A stretch of DNA of 64,000 nucleotides from Sarea resinae (lineage: Eukaryota): assembly GCA_026026165.1 (NCBI GenBank), contig JAPEUD010000018.1:62001-126000 (forward strand). Direction: 5' to 3'. The position numbers were made by a program, and so were the translations under genes. The notes beneath the pieces were generated by a model. It was not told the DNA's origin. It did no database searches and saw only the letters and a list, made by a program, of their open reading frames with translations. Below, one piece after another: positions 12,801 through 25,385 of this stretch (position 1 is its first letter; every line of letters begins with the position of its first letter).

Positions 12801-14201
12801 AAAATACATCGGCAGCCGAGCGAGGCTAGCAGTGCTTACGATACTGGTACACCTGATTACGCGAGTACAGTGGAGTCAAAGCATTCTGTTGCATCCGTAG
12901 AGAAACCTCGGGCTGGGGTGTTGCGTACTGTTGGCGCTGTTGAGCCAGTACAGAAAGAGATCGTCGTAGGCGACGCGCACTATACTGCCGATTCTCCTAA
13001 GCAGGCAGTCCTCGCAGATATTCCTGATGTCGACTTTGGTCCTACTCTTGCCTATAGAACAGGAAACAACAGTCGTCCAGGCTCGAGCATGACTTTGACT
13101 CAGCCTACGTACGACAAGCTAGAAGATAATGCGACTGAAGGCCGTCTGCCCGGTGTTTCGGGCGAGAGCAAGCGCAACTCGTTCGTTCGACCCTCGAGTA
13201 GCAGTCCCAGACCGGAGACGCAGGGAAGGTCTAACTCGAGGCCTGCTAGCCGACATTTGAAGACGCCTGAACTTTTAGAAAATGAAGACGACGGAAGAAG
13301 CATCGCGTGGTCCCCCGGAATGGCAGCTCGTCACTCTCCGCGGCCGAGCTTGTCACCTGAACAATTTGTTCAGCAGCGTGCCGCCGTGGCTAGCCAATAC
13401 GTCACGCCGATATATGCACATCAGAGGACTCCATCTGGAAATGTTCTTCGGTCTGGTACTCCACCTTCAAGGAGTACATCTGGAGACTGGTCGGCACTGC
13501 TCAATCGTAACAAGGAATTGCCTTCTCGTCCACACTCCCGAGGAGCTTCACCGGTGCTATCTACAGGCTTAGCCGGTCGATCATATGAGTCGCTTCCTCG
13601 TCCCCACTCCCGAGGAGCGTCTACGGTGCTATCCACTGGTCTGCCGTACGACGCTTCACATCTTTCGGCTCGCGAACAGGAGCATATCTCCCGTGTCACG
13701 GGTTCGCCTTTGATAAACCTAGCAGGACAGCATGCGCGGGCCTCTTCGAGCGGTGGCCTAGTGGGAGCTATTGAAGCTCGCGAGATAGAGAAAAAGCAGA
13801 TTAAAGAAGGATTCGGTGGCCAAGCCGTTCAGCATGCCATTATGATGCGGCAACAGCAGGCCCAAGCGGAAGCACAGGCGCGAGCTCTCCAACAGCAACA
13901 AGTATTTCCAAGTCCGCCAATGTATAGCCAGGTGGCTGGTCAGCAAATCTACGGTCCTGGTGGACAATTTCCGCCAGATTACATGCACGCATCTTCCGCG
14001 TCCTTTGCTGCGCAGCAACCTGGGCAATATCAGCAGCCTCAAGATCAGAGGTGGGTCTCTCCGCAAGCCCAGATTTATGCCCAGGGTGGTGGATGGGATG
14101 CAGCTGGGTCGGGGTATCATTATCCACAGTACCAGCAGCAGCACCCTGGCGGATACTATGGTAATGGGCAGCAAGGTCCACAACAGGGGCCAACATACTA
14201 G
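9887..14201 (+). CDS. PH-domain protein, Skg3/Caf120-like, 3 short 5' introns then one long exon
   Basis: MAPRSR|VMSFMSAFG, TLPELQPIFTFLNSHSNKLYQEGYFLK, WKEYFAQLVGTILSLWDA, LSISTAGKNRYLFHFNSYNSLTQWTAGIRL, DWVRVRFGAGTPWRRCWCVI; long S/P/Q-rich tail. Introns 9906-9969, 10297-10345, 10510-10559. Confidence 0.85.
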
Positions 14202-15224
14202 AAAACGACGGGCTGTTCATAGATCCAACCTTTCTTTTGTATCACGTTATGTTGCATGGGTCGGTCGGTGGCATCGGGCTGCATATATCCCAGTCAGTCT
14301 CTGGGTCCTGCGCCTTTATTGTTGTTTTTCATAAATAGCATTCGCCGGAGCATATATTCATTCCTTTACTATGCATTTTATGGGCATAGGCATCAGGCGT
14401 CGCATCCCCTCGATGTGCATGGAAAGGCGGTGGGTGCATAGCATATGGGAGTTCTACTTTGCTTAACCTTCTTACACGTTCCTTATCATCTGGTCAGTCG
14501 GACACGTCTCACCAGGTCTTCTGGGTGCACATGCTGCTGGACAATCACACGACTCGGCTTTGCTGCGGCGGCTTGTTATTCCTCAACGCATTAATTCTGA
14601 TAATGTCTATAGGAGTATATATGTTACTTACAAGAATGCGACGGGCACAAAAGAAGGCCAACTTCATCAGACCGAGACTGTATGTTCCTATGTGAGAGGT
14701 GACAGTAGACCCATATTTACACGGGGATGGCATTCCTTTCTGTGTGAGAGGAAGCATCCTGCCGCTTCTGACCTTCTATTGGCATTGGAACGCTTGCGCA
14801 TATGTAGTCGGTAAAGCATCTCTCATGCTCTTGTCATGGCTAACAGGCTCGTGCCTCTTTACGATTAGAAGAGTGGGGTGCTGGGCGTTTTATTGCTCTC
14901 TGCCTACGATCTAGCACAGCGCCTCACAACTCATTTTGATTAAGATAGACAGAATACGGTCGATGTCAAGCTTCTATCAAAGATACTTACAAGGTCGTTT
15001 ACCAAGAGTATCCCTGGAGGTAAGAGAATGGCCCGTTTCTAGCCCAAGGCTGGAGTTGGCCTCTCCAAGTAGGCGTCCCATCTGGTGCGGGGTACGAAAA
15101 CCGATAAGATCTCTTCTCCCAGCATGGCAACTCGCACTCGCGCGTCACCCATCTCCCGCCCGCCCATCGTCAACCCTTTTTCCACTTGGTCGAGAAGTCG
15201 AGAAAGCAGCCGAACGCCGCGACA

Positions 15225-16186
15225 ATGGCCCCCTCTCGAGCCATCACCGAGACTATCATACTTCACTTGGAAGAGGGCGTCAATCTCGCAGACGCGGCAT
15301 CCGGCAGTGCAGCAGTACAGACGTTCGCACAGTTGACTAACACCATCAAGGCTCAGCAGGGTTACATATGTCAATTCTGGGTAGTTGATCTCTCACATCT
15401 CCTCAGTGGTAAGCTCAATTATATAGGGTCATCAAGTCGAAGATCCTACTTTCTTTGTGTGGTATATCGGTAGGTCACTTCTAAAGATCCACACTGGGCC
15501 AGGCCAGCCTTGGTCGGTGGCTCCTCGTCTAATCATTGGTATATCTAGATTGGCAATCCTCTGAACATCATGCTGCATTCATCAAGTCCAAAGCATACAA
15601 ATCGTTCATAGCTGGTGTCGGTCAAGTGTTTGCTCTTGAAGTGGCGGCACCTCTGAAAAGTAATGATGCTCGTTGTGCTTCTGACTCTTGCATCACGCAG
15701 GGCTGAATCGATTAGTATATACCCGTTTCCCTTCTGCTTCTGGCGCAACGGCGGCTCTCAAAGCACCCGTGACAGAAATCGCCTTCCTCACGCTGCCAGA
15801 TGGCGCCGGCGAAGATGTGCGGGCCACCATCGACAGGAAACTAAGGCCTATTGATGAAAACGTGACAACGGTTGGCAAAGGCCTGGCAGCGGCCACTGGC
15901 TGGGGTGAGTTGTTTTTGATTTGGCAAGCTTGCCCTGTCCTTTGCAATCTGATACTGTGCAGTATTCGAGGTACAGAACCACGCCGAGGCTGTCAATGGG
16001 GCGACGATTGCTCTTCACGGACTCTTTGGGTACAACAGCATCGAGGATCACATGAGATGGAGGGAGACCCCCGAACATGCCCAGGCCATCGAGACGATGG
16101 AAGACGTGAGCAAGAACCAGGGTCTAGAGGATGCCAATGTCACGGGCAGAGACATGTTCCATGTGCACTTTCACGCAGGAATATAA
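15225..16186 (+). CDS. Tandem dimeric alpha+beta barrel (ABM-like) protein, 5 exons
   Basis: Splicing at four canonical GT-AG introns gives a continuous frame: TIKAQQGYICQFW|GHQVEDPTFFVWYI|DWQSSEHHAAFIKSKAYKSF...APVTEIAFLTLP...ATGW|VFE...ALHGLFGYNSIEDHMRWRETPEH...MFHVHFHAGI*. The repeated 'W/Y.S.E.H..F/W' motif is typical of this fungal family. Confidence 0.8.
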
Positions 16187-17229
16187 AGAGATATTGATAT
16201 TCTGATGTAGACTTACATAGCGGACTAAGATGTGGGAAGCCCGTGGTAGAATCCTTCTTCAACCGTTGAAAGGTTGAACGAGTTCAGTTGCTGCGGCAGA
16301 ATACTCTTGTCTTGATCTTGCATGACGCAAACAGAGAGACTGACCGATCAGACCCGATGGCGGCGATAGAAACGAAGATACCATTCGTGGCGTGCCTACT
16401 TCGTGGCAAGGGACCGTCTAATCTCTTCACTACGTTATATCAGAGCAGGCCTACATGACAGGTCCACACCTGTGTCTGATATATTCATACCCTGATATAA
16501 ACCATGGTATCCCCTCAATTCCGCTCTTGCTCAGAATGCGAGTCATCCTCTCACTCATATCAGCGAGGCCTCTTTGATCGTCTCACTGACCCAAGCACCG
16601 CGGATGACTGCCATCTCTACGACGCCAAGATAGACTTACCCCTATTGTCCCAGAAGCATCCGCGGGGAAAGAACGTGAAATCCAGCCTCTGAATCATTTC
16701 CTAGCTCGTCTCGAGACCAGCGACTGTACTCCGTAGGTAGTGGAGCATCAGATCCAGATCGCAGCGGCGGCCCTGTTCCTGCGTGATCGGAAAACCAAGT
16801 ACGAATCCGTCACTTCACTGTGCCCAGGCGGATAAGATGTCGGACTCTCTGAACGAACCGAGAGGAAACGCTCCCTTCAAAAGCTTTTGGTCTGTTCGGA
16901 GACACCCATTGTTCGATTTCGACGTAAGATCCTGTCTATCCTACTGTAGGTACTCTAATACTACATTTTCTCCCTCCCCCCTCAAAAGGAGGTCCAGGTC
17001 AGGTAGGGACTTGGTGCAAACGGTCTCGTGGTGCTGTATCTGCTTTTAAGAAAGTTTTGCAAAATACAAATATTTTAGATATTGTATAGAGAGCCCTAGG
17101 AAGCTGCGAGAATAACGTTTATGTTTATACCTTGCTATTATCAACTATGGCTATTGCTTGTACAAATCGTTTGTTTCTTTCTACTGCTTTTTAAGCTTAG
17201 GTTTAGCTTATCTTAAGTGCTTATAAGAA

Positions 17230-17600
17230 CTATTCACTTTGATCTTTAGTTGTTCTCTTTATCCTTACTCTCTTTACTCTCCTTAGCACTCCTCTTACCC
17301 TCCTTAGCACTCTCCTTACAGTCCTTATAGTTCTCCCTATCCTAGTCGAGCTTAAGCCCTGCCTAGTTAGCAGTGGCACAGTAGCAGGCTTCTAGGTCAG
17401 CTATCTGTGTAAATATTAAAAGTTAAATATATTCAAAAAATATAGAGTAGAAATAGCGTACTTTCTTAAAGGTCTATAGACCGAACTAAGTCTTAAAGGC
17501 CTCTAACATTGTTTTTTATGCTGCCCTAGGGTAGCTAGAGGAGAGCCTTTACCCTTTATAAAATTAGTTGAGTTAAATAGTACCAAAAAAAAAAGCCTTA
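17230..17600 (-). pseudogene. RIP-damaged gene fragment with a retained intron and a formerly acidic tail
   Basis: Minus strand GTACGC...TTTACACAG intron (~17461-17405) followed by AAGGAGAGTGCTAAGGAGGGTAAGAGG repeats that revert to E/D-rich codons if G->A changes are undone. Confidence 0.4.
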
Positions 17601-19699
17601 TAGCCTTCTTATTCGCTAGAATTTTTCTTATTAGCTAAATACATCTCTAGTATACTAGCCTAGGTAAGGTGTGTTAATACAGAATATAAAAAGTAGAGAT
17701 AAAACTCACAGTATACAAACAGCTACACAGCAAGAGATCGTCCTTATCTTCCCTAACCAGCTTGTTCTCGCCGACTGGCATTTGCTAATCGAACGTTAAA
17801 TATGTTCATATAAACAGTTTACTAAACAGCACTTACAGCATGTCCCTCAGAGCAGGGTACGGCAACGGGGCTCTTTCCCTTTGTAACGCCAAAATCAAGC
17901 ACTTGCGTAAAATCAGCACACCTTTTAAGAAGTTATAAAAACAGTATATAGATACCGAAAATTCTCTTGTCCCTGCTTATCGTGTCGTGGTCCAGATAGT
18001 AACAGCCAAGTTCGATCGATCCTCCTCTGTCCCGTCGGTGTATTTGAATTCTGCACGTCGGAGAAGAGGCTCGCTTTGAATGTGTCTACTTGAATATTGC
18101 GTACTGTGTATCTGGTCTTCAATAATAATGTGATCAGAGGTATCAGATATGTATGGACCGGTTGTAGGATGTAAGAAGTCAGAAGGTAGGTTCTCGGAGG
18201 TAGAAGCAAATACTCGTATTCTATCCCTGGCCTGCCTAGGATATTCAAGCATTCCCCTCCACTTGCGGCAGCAATTGTTCCAAACGTTCTAGATATACGA
18301 GCCGTCTCAATACTTAGCCTAAGCGTGTGATTTGTGCTTCAACAAAGCTTTGTGTCGCGTCGTCTAAAGAACTTATCGACTTCAATGACTGCTCGAATCG
18401 TTTCGGTGACATTGCCTTTCTCAAGTTCTCTGCATTCGCGGACTCGATCGAAGCAAGGATAGAGTAGCCGCTAAGGAATGTGTGACACCTCGAAGGAGCT
18501 GTCAGAACGTTTCAATAAATCACAAAAGTATCCTCTTTGGTCCACATCGTCCTCTATTGTCTGTAGCTGGGATGAGGGCGGAGCTGTAAAGACTTTGAGG
18601 ACGATATTGGCTGGTCTGCCTTTCGGATGATCTTCAGGAAACGCTTTCTATAGCATAGGTAATAGAGTAGGGCTTGTGATTTGATACCATTCAAGGAGAG
18701 AAAAGATACTGTCATAAGTCGATTGTACAGTCTTGAGGCCCTGAACCCCAGGGCCCCTCGCCGCCGGCGATGAAGAGCTCTTCGGCCTGTCATAGGCCCG
18801 GTTTTGAAAACGTTTACGAGGTCTTCTAACTTGGTTTCAGAGCTCCTTCTATTATTCTGCTTGATTTAAGCTGGTATCGGAGAGCAGGCGGACGTACAAG
18901 AGCTGCGCGGTAGATGGTGTTGCGCAGCTCTTGTGGTCGTTGACGATTCGTTGGATTCGCAGATCCCTTCGACGATGCCTTGTTGTCAGCGGCAGGTCTT
19001 GGCCGAAGCTTGAGAAGAGATAGTGTTATATTCAATTTCTTTCTAGTTCCTGCTCGAGGATCTCGGCCTGATCCTTGTTCGATACTTTTGGAAGTGCGAA
19101 GGATACACTGTACGATCAGCATCTAGACATGTGCCGACTCTTGAGATCCCTCAATAATGCAGCTAGAAATGGTAGTTAGCAAGTCTTATGGCTTGAGCTT
19201 TCTTCTCTGAATTCAAACGACAAATCTGCTGGCTGCAGCATTTCGAAGATCCTCTCGATATCGAAGAGCAAAGCGCGGCAAAGTATAACGTATGCCGCGA
19301 ACCCTTGGCGAGATCCCAATATGCCAGTCCCATATGGTGTTCTTCTGTGCATTTAGCTTTCGTTCTGGCTGGCTTCCGTACACTCTGGGAGATGCTATAT
19401 AGATCGCACAGTCTTTTCTCAATGCAATCGCTCTCTTCGTAATTCATTTTTGCTGTCGCCTGCAGGCGGTCTGAGAGTCGAGTATAATTCACAGAACGCT
19501 TTCATCAAACTCTAGCTCAACGCGAACTGTTCAATCAGGCAGAAGAAGTACAAAGTCGACAATATTCAGGGGTTAGTAAGCCTGTATATCCCCTGTCCCT
19601 ATCTGCAGATAAATAGCGCTATACGCTTTTGTAGAGTCTCTACTATGTTCCCTTTATCACTAGTCTTTAGAGAGAGGTTGTTACCAGCCTGTAATGTTA

Positions 19700-20160
19700 T
19701 TAGCGTTATGTACTTATGAGAGCGTCACTGAAAGCAGTTACCTTTTGACTTAGTTCTAACACTCTCTTAGCTAACCTAGCGTTAGCAATTTCATTAAATT
19801 TCTCCTTAGCTGCCTGTTCCTCTTTATTTAATCTTGCTATAATCTTAGACTCGATCTAAGCTAAAGACTGCTTCTCTTTCTATTGCTTCTCTTCTAGTAG
19901 CTCAAATCGTTTAGCTAGCATTTAAGCCTTCCTCTCTTTAGTAGCCTCTTAACAAGCAGCTGTTTTAAGTAAAGCCACTTTAGCATCACGTTTAGCCTTT
20001 TGGTCCGCTGCTCTAGCCCTTATTAGAGTCAACTTGTCTAGCGTTATCTAATACTTTGCATTGCAAGCATAAGAGGCAGAAGCCTTAGCTAAGTATTAAT
20101 TATAGTCCTTTTGCTAGATAAGGAGGTGACCTGTGTTCAAATAGGTCGTTGTTGTTCGAT
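19700..20160 (-). pseudogene. RIP-mutated coiled-coil protein relic
   Basis: One frame reads ...KERKA*MLAKRFELLEKKQ*KEKQSLA*IESKIIARLNKEEQAAKEKFNEIANARLAKRVLEL. The stops are TAG/TAA, consistent with CAG/CAA C->T changes. Confidence 0.6.
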
Positions 20161-20662
20161 ATTTATCGACTGATTAAATCAGGCCAGTCAACTGTTCACG
20201 AGGAGGGGGAGACACAAAAAGATGCCATAACGTCCCCGGAGCCATTCATGATCGGGTCCATATGCTGAGCGTCAGGCAGGGCAATAGCAGCTTGCGCTGG
20301 GTGAAAGAGGACTGAAACCCTATGCATCATTTGCAGTCAGCGCCCATCGTACACGATTAGTATTAGTCTTCAATCTCTTAATGGATTCAGCTTGTCGAGC
20401 CTCCACAGAAAGGAATTCCGTATTAGCTTACGGCCCTGTACAAGCAAAAGAGAGAGAGGTTTATGTCCCTCTCGACCTTAGAGACAAACCTCAGGCGAGT
20501 TCAATTGACTGCCAACGAACTACATGTCCCTAAGCTCCATTATCGATTTGACAATGACAGGAACCTTCGACTGAACGATCGGAGATTTGCTTTTCTCCCT
20601 GAGGGTCTCGATCCGCTCAACTCTTGGAGATCTGTTCTTGATCGATCAATGTATCTTCTTTG

Positions 20663-21129
20663 TCAGTTTAACGCAGAGTGATCTTCTGCTCTGGTGTTAC
20701 CCCTAACGCCAGAGCCAGGAGATTTGAGATCTCGCTCTAGGCGATGAGCGACGAATGACACTATGATTAGATGCCTTTGTGATTTGTAGTATGGCTCTAA
20801 AGTCCCTATCTCTTTGCACATTGATACCATATATAACATCATGATGAGCATCTTTAGTCTGTTATTGTGTCCCGTAAGAGATAGATTTGGTTAGGGTTTC
20901 TGTACTTAGGCAGCCGCATTTGAGTAAGAATAGTCGGCAAAAATATGCGAGTCAGCAGAGTCTCAGAGAAGTCTGACGCCGTCCGGAAAGCCTCGTCCCT
21001 AGGATTGATTCCTAAGATAGCCATGAAGTGAATTAATAGATAGTGGAATAGGTTCTGGCCTCGAAGCAGTTCTAGGCAACTCTTCGCAAAGTCTAGTGGC
21101 TCGATTTTTCTATCGTTTTCCCGGCACAT
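20663..21129 (-). pseudogene. Fragment resembling fungal DUF3505/telomere-linked RecQ helicase (TLH)-associated proteins
   Basis: LLIHFMAILGINPRDEAFRTASDFSETL resembles the family motif '(S)PLIHFLAVLGID...FR.A..FS..LA'. EPYYKSQ...IVSFVAHRL resembles 'T.YHKSQ...IPRFLP.RV'. Recognised from memory only. Confidence 0.45.
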
Positions 21130-23879
21130 GCGAACCTCGCCTTCGCGAATGTCCTAATTCTGCGTGAGGCTCTTTGCGAACTCAATTCTCGTGTTTCCAC
21201 CCTTCCTGCACAGGTCGCTGATCTTCTCTCCTAGTCTCGTCCACTGCTGCATACCCGGGATGATCAGTAATCTGAAACGTAGGATAGTTCTCTTCATCTC
21301 TTCCTATTTTCTCTTCCGATGCTTTCTCCCACATTCTGGTGCCCTTTGTCATCTGTAATACATATCGCCTTTCCTCCGCTGTCATGTAATGGCGCTCAAA
21401 GTGGATGACGATAGTGGCTGGCCGCGCCGTGGTAATATGCTTGAACAATCTGGAAGAGAGAAAAGGCAAGCCAACGTTGCCTAAGTAGACATAGTATTCC
21501 CGCTTTTGCCGGACAAGTTTTTCACGAAAGATAAACCGCAGTTTTATACTCGTCCTAAGAAGTGCAAGCATGTCCTTATTTTCAGGCGTAAAGTCAACCT
21601 TAGCAGGCACGTCTTTGAGATATTTGCCACAGATTTCTGTGATAGTCTCTGTCAGCAACTTTACCAGCGTGATGCTATTAAATGATAAGTAAAAACAAGG
21701 TAGACAATGATATCTGTGAGATTATACAGTTCGTGAGGGACTTGCTCTACACCATCAATATAATAGGACTTGAGCTAAGTACACGTCCGGTTATAGATCA
21801 CATTAGAACTCTGCTTAATAGATAAAGAAACAGAAATATTGCTTACCTATCCTAGGCGACCTCGATTAGTACAGCTTTCGCGTCAAATATTATCTGATTC
21901 TTCAGCCTAACATTCAAGCTGCTGTACTTATATTAGTATTGCTGTCTCAGAAATAATACTGTATATACGTACATCTCTCCTAACACCTTTCGGATAGGCC
22001 AGGGAGTGGACTCCGCCCTAGATTCCCGGCAGTGTGAAGCGGTACTGATAATTGCATGATTGTATCCATCATAAGTGTCGGTCCGGTGGATGGGTGACCA
22101 GTATCTAAAACCAGCTGGTGCGGAAGCCGATGTCCGCCGCATGAGTATGGCAGCCGAATCTTTACAGTAACAATACAATAAAATTTCTCTTATAGCTTTA
22201 CAGAGCATGCTTTTATCCTTATATAAAGTAACCCCTAAGTATAGAAAGCATCTGATGATTTTGCCTTAATTAGCGCTCTAATTCGGGGCTTAGGCTATGC
22301 GATAGTGCCTCTATCTTATCAATGTACGCATTATATTTCTCTAGCTCTTCTTTAGTAATGTCGATTACCAGAGGTTGTTCACTTTTAGCTTTAGTAGTAA
22401 CAGAGGTCTAGTCCGCGGATATCTGCACGACAGCAAGTAGTTAGCACCTCTTCCTTTGCTTTTTTGGTAGTCTTAAAATGGCGGCCGAGTTAAGTATCTT
22501 CATACTTCGACTTATTAGCTTCTTCGTTGACTGTTTCGAGGTTGGCGGCGATGTATCGTTTCAATCGAGCTATCTTAGACGAAGTCAACGTCAACGATCT
22601 CACCGAAGTTGAGCAGGCCCCATGAGGTTGGCGGACCATGAAGGCCATCTAAGGCAGGATAACAGGAAGAGGAAACGCCTTAGCACCAGCATCGAATAGC
22701 TTGCCCATTTTCGCATCTCTCTCCCCGGAAGATCATTAGAAGGCGCTTTAAAGGTCTTTCTATGTTGTTATCAATCTGTAAGTACTTGTAGTCAACATTA
22801 TTCCAATTCCCAGTGATGGCGTACTGAGCAGTAGAGTCCTTGACCCTTGGATCCGGATGAGGCAGAGACTGCGTGATTGTCAAGGAGTCTTTGAAGTTAA
22901 GCTTCACGTCAGGGCTCTCGCGGGAACCGGCACTATCATGTCTTTACCTTCTTTGTAAACCACTGATAGCTTAGCCCAGTATTGAAATGACGTATGACAA
23001 AACAAAATATATGTTCCCAATGTCTGAAAAAGTTGTCGAAACACTGCAAAAACAGCAATACCCTGCAAGGTTCAATTCGTCATCAGTCCAACGATGACGC
23101 TCATATATAGGGTTCATATCGGCAGACTTAAAACAATGAGGGCACTATCAAGGTGCTTCAGTTGACTTGTTCATAATCTCATCTTCGCGTTAGACCTAGG
23201 AACAACTCATCCAGCTCCCTGCTACGGCTCCACTCATCGTGTGACTCAGTTATCTTTACCTGATGCTGTTACCTTCAAAACTGGTAGCACGAACCTCTAA
23301 CCTCTATATAGTCGTGGTTGTAAGGCGAAATATATACTCTCTTCAAAACAGAATCGAAAATATGCTTCGTTGATGGTAGGTGCCAGGTCCGAAGCCCTAG
23401 TATGCCAATCCCATATGGTGTTGTTCCTAAATGTTGAATCGATTGCATATGTCATCATAAAACAGGCGTGGTATACCGCTGCAAATACCGATAAGCACTG
23501 GAAAGCCATCTGCAGATGCAGATACTTCTGATTATCCTGATTATTGTAAGCATTGTACTTGAAGAAAAGAAGCCACAGCAGAGGGATTCAATTGGGGTAA
23601 AACTTGCTATGGGGATGGCGCTCCATATATGCTTCTACCCGCTGGGTGTACGAGGCCTGTGCGTCTACTAATCGCGCGAAACATTCATCTAAAGCCCTCT
23701 GCGGCGAGTTGGCAGGCGATCTTGTGAAATTCGTACTGCCAATCGTTGAAAAAGCGAATAGGTGCATCAATCGACTTCAGCTGTCAGTCGCTCCTGTAGA
23801 GCAGAGGATTGCTTGTCCGGCCAGAGTCTCTCTTATAGTAATGAAGCTCGATAAATGCTTCCTTAAGCTTAGGGATGTC

Positions 23880-24295
23880 CCTGATTCCGAGGAGACGCAA
23901 TGATATCAAGTGACTCCAAACCGTTTCCATACGCCAGTAGAATCCAGGAGTTCTATAAACCCGCCTAAAGTCGCAGAGCCCTTTTCGCTGTCATGTCTTC
24001 CGATACTGACGCCTGGTTGAGCCGTAGTTTGCCAAGCTGAGTCTGAAAGCGATGTGTTTGACCAAACGATTTCACCTCTCCCGAGTTCGACGGCAACATC
24101 CTTCATCCCCTGCTCATTCAACAGACTGATAATGCATTTCTCGACTATCTTCCAGTCTTGGGTAGATGTTTTCTTGATAGTAACCATGACCGTGACAGTC
24201 CTAGAGCACGCTGTTCCCTTAAAAAGCAAGCATTGTATCTCGCAAATAGCGGCGGTGTTAGTATAGGCATTAATAAAAAGAGACTCTAACATCAA
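23880..24295 (-). pseudogene. Relic of fungal trypsin-like peptidase-fold family
   Basis: DVAVELGRGEI...QPGVSIGRHDSEKGSATLGGFIELLDSTGVWKRFGVT*YHCV matches the 'G.SIG...GTLGG..EL...fGLTC.HCV' pattern. There is an in-frame TGA and the frame is lost downstream. Confidence 0.5.
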
Positions 24296-24621
24296 ACCAG
24301 TGGTCCTAGTGTTACTATAGTTATAGAGATGTAGAGGTTATTAGTCCTTAACAAACAAAGATTCTCTGCAATTACTCGCTTTGTAGCTAATAGATTAGCG
24401 TCTCGTGTTGTAAAGCCTTGAACGTACGCAGGTGTCAACGCGTCCTACTCTCTAGCTAGGCACTGTGTGCCTTCTCAAATGCTAGTTGAATTGCTTGAAT
24501 CGGCGTCCAGAAGTAGTCGTGTTATTTCTGCCTCTATAAGGCCATCAGAGAATGTCAGGGTGCTAGGATCTGATTGCCGGGGTTGTGAGCGCTCTTGAAA
24601 GCTGTCAAAGCCCTGAGTCTC

Positions 24622-25385
24622 CTAGGCAGTCCAGAACGCACGCATGAAGACGTCCTTAGAGGTGTCCCTTAAGGCACTCTGTCTCGCCATGACGGAGAAT
24701 AAGATCAAGGCGGAAATATGCCATCGAGATGCGTCCGCCAATAGAGAAACGTAATGACTGGTCTCATAGTCTGGTCCAATGACCCTGGACCGACTATTCG
24801 GATCGTCGATAGCACCGGTTTTAATTCTTAGTCCGTCCACTTCGACAGCATCTGAGCTGTTTCCTCAGCATTCGTCAGAGTAAGGGGCAAAAAGGACGTC
24901 TCTAGAAACGTTATTGAAGGCACGACTGAGGGTGCGAGCTTTGGCAGACATGCGTGGCAACCCAAAGTACTTAGCATCTAAAGAAGTCTTCAGGTTGACA
25001 AGTATTTCAAGCTCGACGATATTTGTCTCAAGTGAAGTTGCATCCCTTGGTGTGGATTCAGCTGTGGCTCGTCCTTCACAGTACAATTCTGAAATCTCAT
25101 GCTAAGGGCGGTAAACTCGAATAGCCTTGATAGACTCCTTGAGTTCTCGAAAAAGCCTGATGCAATTGCGTCCGGGGCAGCATGACTAGGAGCCGTGATA
25201 ATCACATGTAGCCTGCATCTTTCGAACATGCCTGCAATTGCAATAATAACAGATATCTTCTCTGTTCCGCCGGGCCCAGCCATTAGTTGCAGTTTGTCTA
25301 GAGTTTCCGGCTTCCTTTGATAGCTTCGACCTGTTCTAGGTTCCACTCCTACTGGGAGAGCGTTGTAGCCATGATAGTATCGCAT
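24622..25385 (-). pseudogene. Degenerate SF1 (Upf1/Nam7/Sen1-like, AAA_11/AAA_12) helicase
   Basis: Degenerate Walker A LQLMAGPGGTEKIS, motif Ia HVIITAPSHAAPDAIA, and motif VI-like SLLADASRWHISALI. Split over frames with stops and far shorter than an intact helicase. Confidence 0.6.

Noticed and set aside
23906..23908. In-frame TGA at a Cys-like position (GVT*YHCV) suggesting selenocysteine/readthrough
   Set aside because: Sits in a decayed pseudogene whose frame closes shortly after; Sec machinery is not known in ascomycetes; no SECIS seen.
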